The position numbers were made by a program, and so were the translations under genes. From contig CAVRBU010000002.1 of assembly GCA_963719315.1 (NCBI GenBank), positions 1,312,001 through 1,376,000 on the forward strand: a stretch of DNA of 64,000 nt. The letters run 5' to 3'. Source of the stretch: an uncultured Planctomycetota bacterium (GTDB lineage: Bacteria; Planctomycetota; Planctomycetia; Pirellulales; Lacipirellulaceae). The stretch's first letter is position 1. Every line of letters begins with the position of its first letter. Under the pieces are notes generated by a model. That model searched no databases. It saw only the letters and a program-made list of their open reading frames with translations, and had not been told where the DNA came from. This document shows, one piece after another, positions 7,932-19,268 of this stretch.

Positions 7932-8681
7932 ATGGACGTTAAGATTATGCCGGACAAGGCGTCGATGGGAAAGGCGGCGGCCGCGGCCGGCGCGGAACTC
8001 ATTCGCCGCGCACTTGCCGACCGAGGCGCCGCCAACATCATTGTCGCCACGGGTGCGTCGCAATTCGAGATGCTCTCGGCGCTCGTCCAAGAGCCCAATC
8101 TCAATTGGAACTCCGTAACCGGGTTTCACCTGGATGAATATGTCGGCCTGAAGTTCTCGCACCCGGCCTCGTTCCGCGGCTACTTGTGGCAGCGGTTCGT
8201 CAGCCGGCTGCCGCTGCCATTGCGAGCGTTTCATTTTCTGGACGGCGAAGGCGACCCGCGGGCCGAGTGCAACCGCGTGGGCGAAGTCATTCGCCGCCAC
8301 CCGATCGACGTGGCGTTCGTCGGCATCGGCGAAAACGGCCACCTGGCGTTCAACGATCCGCCGGCCGATTTCGAGACGGAACAACCCTATCTCGTCGTGC
8401 AACTCGACGACGCCTGCCGCCGACAGCAACTGGGCGAGGGCTGGTTCCTCACGTTCGACGACGTGCCCAAACAGGCGATTTCAATGAGTGTTCGGCAGAT
8501 CATGAGCAGCCGCGCGATTATTTGCACCGTGCCGGACGAGCGCAAGGCCGAGGCGGTGCGAAACGCCGTGGAAGGCGAAGTTTCGCCGCAGGTGCCGGCC
8601 TCGATTCTGCAGCGGCACAAGCGGGTTACGTTGTATCTCGATAGGCTAGCCGCATCGTTCCTACGATCGGCCAAACCGTAG
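7932..8681 (+). CDS. nagB: Glucosamine-6-phosphate deaminase
   Basis: [35 protein letters not shown] and VPASILQ motifs. Confidence 0.92.
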   Translation: MDVKIMPDKASMGKAAAAAGAELIRRALADRGAANIIVATGASQFEMLSALVQEPNLNWNSVTGFHLDEYVGLKFSHPASFRGYLWQRFVSRLPLPLRAFHFLDGEGDPRAECNRVGEVIRRHPIDVAFVGIGENGHLAFNDPPADFETEQPYLVVQLDDACRRQQLGEGWFLTFDDVPKQAISMSVRQIMSSRAIICTVPDERKAEAVRNAVEGEVSPQVPASILQRHKRVTLYLDRLAASFLRSAKP

Positions 8682-8690
8682 TCGCGGCCA

Positions 8691-11600
8691 CTACTCAATA
8701 ACTTCCAGTTCTAAGTTCCGATACCGCACTTCCGTCTGCTCGCCGGCGTGAAGCTGCAGCGCGAACACGCCCTCGCGCTTTCCGCCGAGGTCGTTGTAGT
8801 CGACGCACGGCTGGCCGTTCAGCCAGGTGCGAATGTGCCCGCCGATGGCTTCGACTTCGTACTTGTTCCACTCGCCTTTCTTGAGGAATTTTTCGCCCGA
8901 TTCCTTCCATAGCAGGCCGCGGCCGTTTTCCTCGTACAACTTGCCCCACCAGCCGGGACCGATGTCGGCTTGGTAGCCCTTCATTTCGTCGTAGCCGTCG
9001 AGCGACTCGGAACGGAATTGCACTCCGCTATTGCCGGCGTCGTCGACGAGCTTCACTTCCAGCGAAAGTTTGAAATCACGGGCCGCGAGGTCGCTCATCA
9101 GGAACGTGTTGTGGTTCAGCCCCTTCGTGCGGCCAACGATTTCGCCGTTTTCGACCGTCCACAACTCGGTGTCGCCCTTCCACCCGGTCAAGGCTTTGCC
9201 ATTGAAGAAGTTGACAGCATTTTCCTTGGTGGCCAGCATCGGCACCTGGCCCTTGCCGCGCAAATAAGCGAACAGCGAAATGATCTCCTCTTTCGAGAAT
9301 TGCTTGAGCTGGTCGTCCGGCATCATCGAAGTATCGCCAAGCGTTCGCGTATCGACTTCGTTCTTGGGCAGCACGATGGTTTCCGTGGCCGTGCGCAGAG
9401 TCAGCGATTTGTCGTCCTCGGCCGAGGCAATTCCCGTAATCACGCGGCCATCGGTCGTTACCACGACGGTCGGCCGATACTCTTTGGCGATCACCGCGCT
9501 GGGATCCACGATGTTCGACAGCAAGTAGTCGACGTCGTCTCGATGGGAACCGGTCAAATCCGGCCCAATCGTGGCTCCGACGCCGAACAGCGTATGGCAC
9601 TGTTGGCACGTTTTGCCGAACACGGCCCGACCGAGCGACGGGTCCGTTTCAGGCTGATAGCCGCCAACCAGCTTGCGGTAACTGGCGATGAGCTTCGCCT
9701 TATCGGCCGGTGTGTTGCGAATTTGCCCCCAGACTTCGCCGATCACTTTGTCGATCGTCTCATCCTTAAGATTGTGCAACTGGCGCACGAGATCGGCGGA
9801 TAGATCCTTGGCCGGCACGTCCTTATCGGAAACCGCCTTGACCAAGGCCAGGCCGTACGGCGCTCGAGAAGCCAACGTCGCCAGTGCGGCCCGTTTTTCG
9901 TCCGGCGTCAATTGCGCGTAGGTCGCCAGGATTTTTGACGGAGTTTCAGGATCATCGTACGCGGCCAGCCCGGTAAGCGCCGCCTCGCGCATTTTAGGAT
10001 CGGCCAGCAGGGCCTGCAGCGTCTCGGCCAGTTTCGCATCCTTAACGGCTAGCAGCGCCTTGAGTGCGTCGAGACGCGGTTCGGCGTCGGCGCTTGCCGA
10101 GGTTAGCAGCGTGCGGAGCGAATCCATGGCGACTGCGTCGCCAAACGTCACGCCTAGCGCATTGGCCTCGGCGACCAAGTCCGCATTTCCGCTCTTCACA
10201 AGTTTTCGATACACCGAATCCCAACCCACAGGCGTTTTGACGCGCCGTTGACCCTTGAGGGCATTTCGCATGCTACGCAGAATGGCAAGTTGCTCAGCGG
10301 GGCTGGCGGACCGACCTAGTGCGTCAACAATTACCGCAAGTCCGGAGTTCTTATCCAAGCTGCCAATGCGTTGCAGCATGAATTCGCGCAGGACCGGAAT
10401 CGTCTTGCCGCAGGAAAGCCCGAATGCCAGCGCCGGTTGGCGTCAACCGTTGCCAACGGTTCGGCCGCATACCAATACATCAGCGGCAAGTTGTGGTCCT
10501 TCACGTCCTCCGCGTGGGCGGCCAGATTCTGCATGACTTCCCACCGCTGATCCGGAGGAATGCGCTGCATGGCTGACGCCAGGTACAGGCGCACGACAGG
10601 CGAAGCATCGTCCTTGGCCATCGCGGCGAACTGTGGCAACAACTCGGCCAAGTGGGCCTTATCGTGATCGAGCGCGAGCTGAATGGCCCAACCGCGCACG
10701 TATTCGTTCCTATCGGCTAGGAGCTTTTGAATGAGCTCGGCGGGCACGCCGCCCGTCACATCCAGAACCCACATCGCTCGCAGGCGGCGGGTTTCATCCG
10801 GATTTGTCGACGCGATTTCGGCCATGCGCTTACGGACCGAAGCATCCAGCTTGCCGGCGGCCGCGCGCTCTTCGAGTATCCGCCGCGAGTGCCGTACATA
10901 CCAATCGTTCTTTTCGAGCACTACCTCGGCGAGCTCCCGATCGCTGAGTTTCTTAAGATCGACGACTTTGTGCTCGAGCTTACCATAAGTGACTTTGTAG
11001 ATGCGGCCATTCGTGCGATCGTGGCCTTCGACATTTGTATGGTGGCAGGCGTTCGTGTCGTACCAATCGATGACATAAACCTGCCCATCGGGACCGTAGC
11101 GAAGATTGAGGATTTGCGAGGCCAAGTCGAACGACAGCAGAAAATCTTTGCCGTGGTGGCCGACGAAACCGGAGCCGCGCCGCTCCAGAATGTCGGTGTT
11201 GACCCGCTGGCCGTGGATGTTGTTCATGAAGATCGTGGTGCGATATTGATCGGGCCACGCGCCGCCCAAATAGATCATCGCGCCGGCGTGGGCATGACCG
11301 CCGCCCGCATCACCCGACTTGCCGTTGCCCGCGTGTGGCCCCTGGTCGCCGACGTAGTGAAGATGATCGGCGATCGTTTGGATGTCGTCATAAGTGTATG
11401 GCTCTTCGTGAGGCCCGCCTTGCCGCAGATACCGCCCACCTTGAATCATGTGATACAAGTGCGGAATGACACAGGCCGTGCAGAACGCCTGACCATGATC
11501 GTCGAAATCGACGCCCCACGGATTGCTCGTGCCTTCGGCAAATACTTCGAACTGATGCGTGACGGGATGGTAACGCCAGATGCCCGCGGTAATCGGAGTC

Positions 11601-13969
11601 CGCTTGGACGCGGGAGTCCCGGGCTTGCCGACGTGCGAGTGCGTGAACACGCCATGGCACCCGTAGAGCCAACCGTCCGGACCCCAAATGAATGCGTTGA
11701 GCGTTTCGTGCGTGTCTTCATAGCCCCAACCGTCGAGCAGAATTTCGGGTTTGCCGTCGGGGATGTCGTCGCCGTTTTTATCCGGAATGAAAAGCAGATA
11801 GGGCGCCGCTCCGACGAACACGCCGCCGAACCCGACTTCCAGGCCGCTTACCAGATTCAGATTCTCTGCAAACACCTTGCGCTTGTCGAATTTGCCGTCG
11901 CCGTCGGTGTCTTCGAAAATCAGAATCCGGTCGCGTCCTTGCCCCTCGGGAGCACGGACTGGGTACGTGTACGCTTCGGCAATCCACAGCCGGCCGCGGT
12001 CGTCGATCGCCATGGCAATCGGTTGCTTAACTTCGGGCTCTTGGGCGGAAAGCGTGACCTTAAAGCCCTCCGGCAACTTCATCACCTTAACCGCTTCCTC
12101 GCCGGGCAGCCCGGCGTAGGGATAGTCATCGCCGGTGCTCGTCTTCACCGGAGCAGCGGCCACTTTGGGCAGCGCGTTGAAAAAGCGAAAATTATCGAAG
12201 TTGACGTGTCCCCAACCGGCGCTGCCATGATCGACGATACGAATGAAGACGTCCTTGCCGACGAGCTTGCTTAAATCGACTGTCGCTGGCCGCATTTCTT
12301 CAAGACTGCGGCCGCTCGCTTTGAAGACAACTTCGTTCGTATCGGCGCGCACGATTTCGGCGCCGAGGGCGCCGCCGGCGCCACCACCAACTAGAAAACT
12401 GGCATACGGATGCATAACTTTGAAGGGAACCGAAGTAAGGGTTCCCTGAGCACCGTCGCCTTTGCGTTCATACGAACCGATCCAATACTTGCCCTGGTGG
12501 CCGCTGACCATGTCGGACCGCCGCTGGTGCACGGTATCGCCTTCGATAGGCTGGCCCTCGAAGGCGGAGCCGGTGGCGGTCCAATCCGAAAGGTCGCCCT
12601 TCTCGAAATCGAGATTCAAAGGGCGACCATCCGCCGCGGTGGCCGCGAAGCCCTCTTCGGGCTTCACCGATTCTTGCTTGGCGGCCGGTTCGGCCGGCGG
12701 TTGCGCGGGCGCGGCTTTCGTCGGCATGGGTTGGGCAGCTTCCCACTTTCTCTTGTCGACATCCTCGACTTTGTGCGTGAAGACGAACGTCCCCTTCTTG
12801 TTGCCGACAACCACGTCATCCCAATTGTCGCCGTTGATATCGCCCACGACCACTTGCGTGCCGACGCCCGAGTTCACGTCGATGCGATACGGAATGAATC
12901 GCACCTTGCCGTTGTGACGATCCGTTTTGAACCAATACAGCACCGCCGGATCGAGCGCACCGGGCGAACGCTCGGAATGCGACCACCACCGCTTGCCGGT
13001 GACGATATCCGGAATGCCGTCATGGTCCATGTCCGCCAGGGCCATGGCGTGCAGTTCGGAGAACGCCACGCCATACTCGTTCTGCTCCGGCTTATCGCCC
13101 ATGATCCGGTGCTCTTTGAATTTGATTCCGCCTTTGTCATCCTTGCCCGTGTTTTCGAACCAGGCCAGCCCGAAGCCGTGGGCCGCCTTGCTGGTAACAA
13201 CGTCGTTGTCGCCGTCGCCATCCACGTCGAAGCCGAACATCTGCGAGCCGCCCTGATCGGTGAAATTCACTGGATGAAATTCCCAGAATTCGGCCTTTGA
13301 ACCCGGGGCCGGCTGCTCCCACCAGCCCTCCTTCTGCAGAATGTCGATGCGGCCATCGCCATTCACATCGCCGTGCCCCATGCCGTGCGTGAATCGCTGA
13401 TACTTGCGGTCCGGCGTGATCGCGTGAAACTTCCACGGTTTCGTCGGATCATCTTTCGGCATTTCGGCGTAACCGATGTGGCCGCCGCTATCGCAGACCA
13501 ATTCCGGAACGCCATCTCCCGTGATATCGACGAAATCGGGCGATTCGTTGTCCGTCACTTTGAGAATCACATGCTGCTTCCAATTGCCCTCTTTGCCCTT
13601 CGGGTTCTCGTACCACAGGGTTTCCTCCCCGGGAAAGCCGACGATAACGATATCGGTCCAACCGTCGTGGTTGATATCGTAGGTAAAGGCAAAAAAGTTC
13701 TTCGAGTAACTATTGATGTCGTACGGCTTCGGCGTGTAATACTCGTGCCGCTCGGTGTACTTCGGGCCGGCATACCAATACGGGCCGGCCACAATGTCCA
13801 TCAAGCCGTCGTGATTGAAGTCGCCGAAATTGGCGCCCTCACTGAAAAATTTGTCGCTGAGTTGCAACTTATCGAACGTGTGCAACTGGTGCTTCTCGGC
13901 GGCACTCGCCACGGCGGACGCGGCCAACAACATTGCAACGCACTCCAAAGTTTGTCGGACCGTTTTCAT
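8691..13969 (-). CDS. ~1760-aa secreted fusion: FG-GAP propeller, CBM-like domain, PVC-type dehydrogenase propeller, HEAT repeats, c-type heme (CQQCH) and DUF1080; 1-nt frameshift near 10433
   Basis: GDFNHDG/GDVNGDG repeats; LPEGFKVTL...PIAMAIDDRGRLW...WGPDGWLYG...GTSNPWG; CQQCH...IGPDLT; GNSGVQFRS...LQLHAG. Restoring one G gives ...NRALAFGLSCGKTIPVLREFMLQR and joins the two ORFs. Confidence 0.88.
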
Positions 13970-14003
13970 AGTTTCAATTCGCTAATTGGGTGAAAATTGA
14001 TGC

Positions 14004-15305
14004 TCAATTTGCGCGTACATCCGAGGTGATCGCGGGCTCGGCAGCCCGTCCCCATACCAGTTTCGGCTGCGCGGCTTCCCACGTTGGCCGATCGACGTCC
14101 TTCACCTCATGCGTATAAACAAACGTGCCATTCTTGTTAGCGACGACAATGTCGTCCCATCGATCGCCGCTGAAATCGCCCACAACGACCTGCGTGCCGA
14201 CGCCCGAGTTCAAATCAATCCGGTGCGGAACGAAATGCACCTTGCCGCCGTCGCGTTTGGTCTGAAACCAGTATAACGCGGATGGGGCGTTGGGGTTGCC
14301 ACGGCGACCGGTGATGATGTCCGGCGCGCTGTCGTGGTCAATATCGGCGATTTCCACAGCGTGCAGGTATGACACCACCACGCCATATTCGTTATCCACG
14401 GGCCTGGAGCCCATGATGAGGTGCTCACGGTATTTGATCTCGTCCCCCTCGCGGCCCGTGTTTTCGAACCAGGCGAGGCCGTAGCCGTGAGCGTCTTTGC
14501 TCGTGACCACGTCGTTGTCGCCGTCGCCATCGAGATCGACGGCGTACATCTGTGCGCCGCCACGGCGGTCAGGTGGCTCACGCGGGATGGCGAAATCGAC
14601 CGCGTGGAACTTCCAGAGCTTGTCCGCCGCGTGGGCCGGCGGTTGTTCCCACCAGCCTTCTTTTTGCATCACGTCGAGCCGGCCGTCTTGGTTCAAGTCG
14701 CCGACTCCCATCCCGTGTGTGAAGCGCTGGTACTTGCGATCTTCAGAAATCGGGTGGAAGTCCCAGGGCTGGGTGGGATCATCCTTCGGCATTTCGGCGT
14801 AACCGACGCAGCCGGCGTGATCGCAGATGAGTTCGGGCTGGTCGTCGCCCGTTATATTCTTGAGCGTAGGCGATTCGCCGTCGACGACATCGACGATGAG
14901 GTGACGCTTCCAATGACCCGGCTTGCCTTGCGGATTATCGAACCACCAAGCCTCCTTGCCTGGGAAGCTAACTATCAAGATATCGTTCCAACCGTCTCTA
15001 TTCACGTCGTAGACGAACGCAAAGAAATTATCTGAGAAGCCCTTCGTATCATACGGCTTCGGCTCATAGTATTCATGCCGATCGGCGAAACTCGGCCCCG
15101 CATACCAATACGGACCGGAAACGAGGTCCATCACACCGTCTTTGTTCAAGTCGCCAAAAGTTGCCCCCTCGCAGAAAAACACGTCCGATAACTTTACCTT
15201 CTTGAAAGTGTGCAGCGTGCACTTTTCCGCAGCTGTCGTCGTTGCAGACGACATCAGCAAAAATGCGATGCAAGCCAGTGTCTGTTTAGTCATATTCATG
15301 TACAC
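14004..15305 (-). CDS. Secreted FG-GAP/VCBS repeat protein, paralog of the N-terminal domain of the adjacent gene
   Basis: Signal peptide; shared strings with 12700-13900 such as GYAEMPKDDPT, RKYQRFTHGMG and NSGVGTQVVVGD. Confidence 0.88.
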   Translation of the reverse strand: MYMNMTKQTLACIAFLLMSSATTTAAEKCTLHTFKKVKLSDVFFCEGATFGDLNKDGVMDLVSGPYWYAGPSFADRHEYYEPKPYDTKGFSDNFFAFVYDVNRDGWNDILIVSFPGKEAWWFDNPQGKPGHWKRHLIVDVVDGESPTLKNITGDDQPELICDHAGCVGYAEMPKDDPTQPWDFHPISEDRKYQRFTHGMGVGDLNQDGRLDVMQKEGWWEQPPAHAADKLWKFHAVDFAIPREPPDRRGGAQMYAVDLDGDGDNDVVTSKDAHGYGLAWFENTGREGDEIKYREHLIMGSRPVDNEYGVVVSYLHAVEIADIDHDSAPDIITGRRGNPNAPSALYWFQTKRDGGKVHFVPHRIDLNSGVGTQVVVGDFSGDRWDDIVVANKNGTFVYTHEVKDVDRPTWEAAQPKLVWGRAAEPAITSDVRAN

Positions 15306-15378
15306 TGACGACTAAATCTCTGATCGAAACGAACATGCTTCACCTAGACAAGCCGCGGCCGCGAAGAGTAATCTTGAT

Positions 15379-15506
15379 AACCTCGAAGACACGAAGAGCA
15401 CGAACAAAGAAATCTAAGGACTTAAAAACACATTCTTCGTCGTGTCCTTGGTGTCTCCGTGGTTCCTATTGCCTTCCTCTGCGGACTCGGCGCCTCCGCG
15501 TGAAAC
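15379..15506. repeat. Inverted 9-mer-periodic palindromic intergenic element(s)
   Basis: AACCTCGAAGACACGAAGAGCACGAA ... TTCGTCGTGTCCTTGGTGTCTCCGTGGTT, followed by CTCTGCGGACTCGGCGCCTCCGCGTGAAA. Confidence 0.6.
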
Positions 15507-15520
15507 GGTTTGCTATTACA

Positions 15521-16648
15521 TCAACGCTTGAGAGTAAACTCTGGCAACCTCTTGATCTCGCCGCCAGCCAACGCCGACTCGTGGGCGAGGATGCCGACGC
15601 ACGTCCAATTCGCGCTCGTGGTGGCGTTCGGCCAGGGGTCGCGATCGGCGAGCAGCGCGCTAACGAACTCGTTGACCAAATGCGGATGCGAGCCGCCGTG
15701 CCCTCCGCCTTGCAAAAACGATAAATGCTCGGCGTCCACGATCGACCTCGTAAATGCCTGAATCTCTTTCGGCAATAGATGGGCAAAGTCCGGCACCTCG
15801 ACGTGCTCGGCAATCTCCGGCTCGGGACGCTTCGCCGTGTGCAGGATGTGCTTCTCGCCCTCCACCAGCGTCCATTCGAACGACTTCTTCGACCCGTACA
15901 CGTCGAAGCTCTCGCGATATTGGCGGGCCGTGTCGTACAGGAACCGCCAGATGTGGGCCGCCACGTCGCTGCCCGCGATCTTGATATGACACGACTCGAC
16001 GGCGAACGCATTGCCCGACTTCTTGCGGATATCGTCGCGCACGGTGCCCGACCCGAAGCACGACACGTACTCCGCCAGGCCGTTCATCAATCCCAGCACC
16101 GGGCTGACGACGTGCGTCGCATAGTGCATCGGAATCATCCGCTCCCAGTAATCCGGCCAGCCATCCATATCTTGCGGATGCGACGCCTGCAAATACTGAA
16201 TCTTGCCGAACTCCCCTTTCTCATACATCTGCTTGATGAACAAGAACTCGCGGCTATAGACCACGGTCTCGGCCATCATGTACTTGAGGCCCGTATCGGC
16301 GACGAGCTTGCAAATCTTTTCGCAGTCGGCAACCGTGGTTGCCATCGGCACCGTACACATCACGTGCTTGCCCGCCCGCAGCGCTTCCATGCTCATCCAG
16401 GCATGATCGGGAATCGGGCTGTTGATGTGAACGAAATCGACGTCGGAGTCCGAAAGAACTTGCCCGTAATCGGTGTAGCGCTTCGCGATCTTAAACGCAT
16501 CGGCCACCTTGTTCATTTCGGACTGATTGCGGCGACACACGGCCACTACTTCGGTCTGCGGATGCCGCTGATAGATCGGAATGAACTCCGCGCCGAAACC
16601 CAAGCCGACCATCGCGACCTTCAACGGAGGCGACAACTTCGTCGTCAT
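15521..16648 (-). CDS. Gfo/Idh/MocA family NAD(P)-dependent oxidoreductase
   Basis: VGLGFG Rossmann start; HINSPIPDH...AGKHVMCTVPMA; HYATH; GHGGSH. Confidence 0.92.
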   Translation of the reverse strand: MTTKLSPPLKVAMVGLGFGAEFIPIYQRHPQTEVVAVCRRNQSEMNKVADAFKIAKRYTDYGQVLSDSDVDFVHINSPIPDHAWMSMEALRAGKHVMCTVPMATTVADCEKICKLVADTGLKYMMAETVVYSREFLFIKQMYEKGEFGKIQYLQASHPQDMDGWPDYWERMIPMHYATHVVSPVLGLMNGLAEYVSCFGSGTVRDDIRKKSGNAFAVESCHIKIAGSDVAAHIWRFLYDTARQYRESFDVYGSKKSFEWTLVEGEKHILHTAKRPEPEIAEHVEVPDFAHLLPKEIQAFTRSIVDAEHLSFLQGGGHGGSHPHLVNEFVSALLADRDPWPNATTSANWTCVGILAHESALAGGEIKRLPEFTLKR

Positions 16649-16789
16649 AACTGCCCTCCAAAATTTGAAAAGATTTTACAACCGCCAAGCACGCCCTGGG
16701 CACCATGCAGAATGAGTGATGAACGGCGAAAGATCAATCCTCTGCGGCAGCGGTGCAGGGCCATTCATTTGTTGAATCTGGGGAAAGTT

Positions 16790-16879
16790 GTGGGAGGGGT
16801 CTCCGACCCCGATGAGGCGACGCACTTCAATCCGTTCTCGAAGCTTAAGCGAAATCGGCGTCTGAGACGCCCCCCTCAC
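16790..16879. repeat. GTGG-type REP doublet
   Basis: GTGGGAGGGGTCTCCGACCCCGAT ... ATCGGCGTCTGAGACGCCCCCCTCAC. Confidence 0.65.
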
Positions 16880-16925
16880 TCATTATCTCCATATTGAATT
16901 TGTGAATGCCCCTGCCCCGTCGCTC

Positions 16926-17047
16926 GGTGGTGTCCTAATTTGCGGCACAACAACCTTGTAGCACGGACTTCAGTCCGTGGTCCTTGTACGGACTGAAGTC
17001 CGTGCTACATAGTTCCGGTCCGAACGGTGCCAAATTGGGCCACTACC
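16926..17047. mobile_element. ~122-bp MITE-like element with internal REP hairpin, copy 2
   Basis: IRs GGTGGTGTCCTAATTT / AAATTGGGCCACTACC; internal GTAGCACGGACTTCAGTCCGT...ACGGACTGAAGTCCGTGCTAC. Confidence 0.8.
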
Positions 17048-17271
17048 TTGAACCTGTTGCCGTTGCTATCTGCCAACCCTCATGTTAATTTAGCCAACAC
17101 TTGCGCGATATTGAATGATAAAAAGCGCACTTGGGCGGCAATTTTTGCCGCGTTTTCCTCGTCGAAACGCAATCTTTCGTACATGCCGCGAGCCGAGCGG
17201 CTAAAGAAACACGGTTGTCCAAGTCCGGCTCGGCTCGCCGGACCTGCGGCAATCTATTCCTGCGAGGCGAT

Positions 17272-18891
17272 ATGGCGGGTCAAAATCACGCGCGGCGGTT
17301 GTTCCTGGGCTGTTTCATGGCATTGATCGCCACCGCGTTCGGCTTCGCCGTGCGGGGAGGTGTCCTGCAAGACTGGGGAACTCAGTTTCACCTCACCGAA
17401 GAGCAGAAAGGCGTCATCGGCGGCGTTGGCCTCTACCCTTTTGCCATCTCAATCATTCTGTTCAGCTTGATTATCGATCGCATCGGCTATGGCACCGCAA
17501 TGGTGTTTGCATTTGTGTGCCACGTCGCCTCCGCACTGCTCACGATCTTCGCCCCGAACTTTGGTGTGCTCTACCTGGCCACTTTTATCTATGCCATTGC
17601 CAATGGAACGGTTGAGGCCGTCATCAATCCCGTCGTGGCCACTCTCTATAAGGACAACAAGACTCATTGGCTCAACGTGCTGCACGCTGGCTGGCCTGGC
17701 GGCCTGGTCCTCGGCGGATTGCTAGCCATCGGCATTGGAATGGTCAGCGGCAAACTTCCCGGACACTTCGAACTCTGGCAATGGAAAATGACGATTCTGT
17801 TGCTGCCAATTTTGTTGTACGGGTTGTTGTTGTTTCGTCAGCCCTTTCCCGTTCAAGAGCGCGTGGAAGCCGGCGTTTCCTACCGCGATATGCTCGCTGA
17901 GTTCGGCTGGGGAAGCGCTTATATCGTCTCGTTCCTGATCATCCTCGGCATCAGCCAGATTCTGACCGTCCTCAACGGCATCACGATCGGCGAAACCACA
18001 CTGCACCTCAAGCCCATCCCGGTTCAATACGCTCTGGTGGCGGCGGTTGTTCCCGCATTGCTGTTTGCCTACTATATCCGCTCATTTGGGCGGCCCATGT
18101 TCGTGTTCCTGATGCTCGTCATGTTCTTGCTGGCGACGACCGAACTCGGAACCGACAACTGGATTCAAGATATCATCGGGTCCGTCTTAAAGGATCCCAC
18201 CAAGGGCACCCTATTCTTCGTCTACACGGCGAGCATCATGTTCGTCTTGCGATTCTTCGCCGGGCCAATTGTTCACAAGATTTCACCTCTTGGGTTGTTG
18301 GCTGCCTGCTCCGCGTTGGCCGCTGTCGGTTTGTTTTGGCTCGGCAACGCGGGAACCAGTCTAGCCATGCTGTTCATGGCCGCGACTTTGTACGGCGTCG
18401 CCAAAACCTTCTTCTGGCCCACCACGCTGGGCACCGTCTCGGAACAGTATCCGCGCGGCGGGGCTTTGCTGCTCAATGCGATGGGCGGCGTCGGCATGAT
18501 TGCTGTCGGCACGATCGGCGGTCCGGCCATCGGCACAATGCAAGACATGGGCATCAATCGCGCCGTGCTGAATCAAATGCCGGCCGTGCATGCCGAAATC
18601 GCTGCCGAAAAGCCCGGTCTATTCTCCACCTACACGGCGATCGACGCCTCGAAAGTCAGTCAGGCGGGGCTCTCCAAGGAACAACTGGCGGAGCTCACAA
18701 GCATCGAAAGCACCGTCAAGCAGCACGCCCTTGCCAAAATTGCCGTGCTGCCGGTGATCATGTGCGTTTGCTACTTGATTTTGATCGCCTATTTCCAAAC
18801 TCGCGGCGGCTACCAGGCACAGGTCCTGACGGGCCACGCCGCCGAAGACGAAAAATTCACGGGCGGAACTCTGGGGTCAGGCGAAGGATAA
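17272..18891 (+). CDS. MFS transporter (sugar-type)
   Basis: About 12-14 hydrophobic helices, IDRIGYG motif A, NGTVEAVINP, LHAGWPGG. GAGG RBS before the ATG at 17272. Confidence 0.9.
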   Translation: MAGQNHARRLFLGCFMALIATAFGFAVRGGVLQDWGTQFHLTEEQKGVIGGVGLYPFAISIILFSLIIDRIGYGTAMVFAFVCHVASALLTIFAPNFGVLYLATFIYAIANGTVEAVINPVVATLYKDNKTHWLNVLHAGWPGGLVLGGLLAIGIGMVSGKLPGHFELWQWKMTILLLPILLYGLLLFRQPFPVQERVEAGVSYRDMLAEFGWGSAYIVSFLIILGISQILTVLNGITIGETTLHLKPIPVQYALVAAVVPALLFAYYIRSFGRPMFVFLMLVMFLLATTELGTDNWIQDIIGSVLKDPTKGTLFFVYTASIMFVLRFFAGPIVHKISPLGLLAACSALAAVGLFWLGNAGTSLAMLFMAATLYGVAKTFFWPTTLGTVSEQYPRGGALLLNAMGGVGMIAVGTIGGPAIGTMQDMGINRAVLNQMPAVHAEIAAEKPGLFSTYTAIDASKVSQAGLSKEQLAELTSIESTVKQHALAKIAVLPVIMCVCYLILIAYFQTRGGYQAQVLTGHAAEDEKFTGGTLGSGEG

Positions 18892-19268
18892 GACCTTTGA
18901 CCAGTTTCTCCGAGCCTTCGCTGATTCCGCTGTGGCGACCGCGCTTGCCCAGACGTTGGACACGGCAAGATTGACGTATTGATACCCGTCGCTTCGGGGG
19001 GATCGACGGTGCCATCATTTGAAATCGCTTCACATTGCTTGACACTCGCGGTGCGATTTGCCCTAATAAATTGGTGTTTTGCTTAGGCTTCAATCGGTGC
19101 AAACCGTAAGGCACTGCTGCTGAATCTTGCGAAGCTCTACTTCGCCCACGCACTGCGACGCGAGTTTTCTGGATCGACTGGCCGTTCGCTGCTGCGCGAA
19201 GTACGGGCGGAAATAATCACTTTCCTGCCGACCCTCATTAAGGAACATCCCAATAAGGAGAATTATCG

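Noticed and set aside
10727..12274. Long antisense ORFs (also 33837-35180, 41286-42500, 55304-56272, 56849-57820, 59285-60253)
   Set aside because: Shadow frames of well-supported genes in high-GC DNA, with no recognisable motifs.
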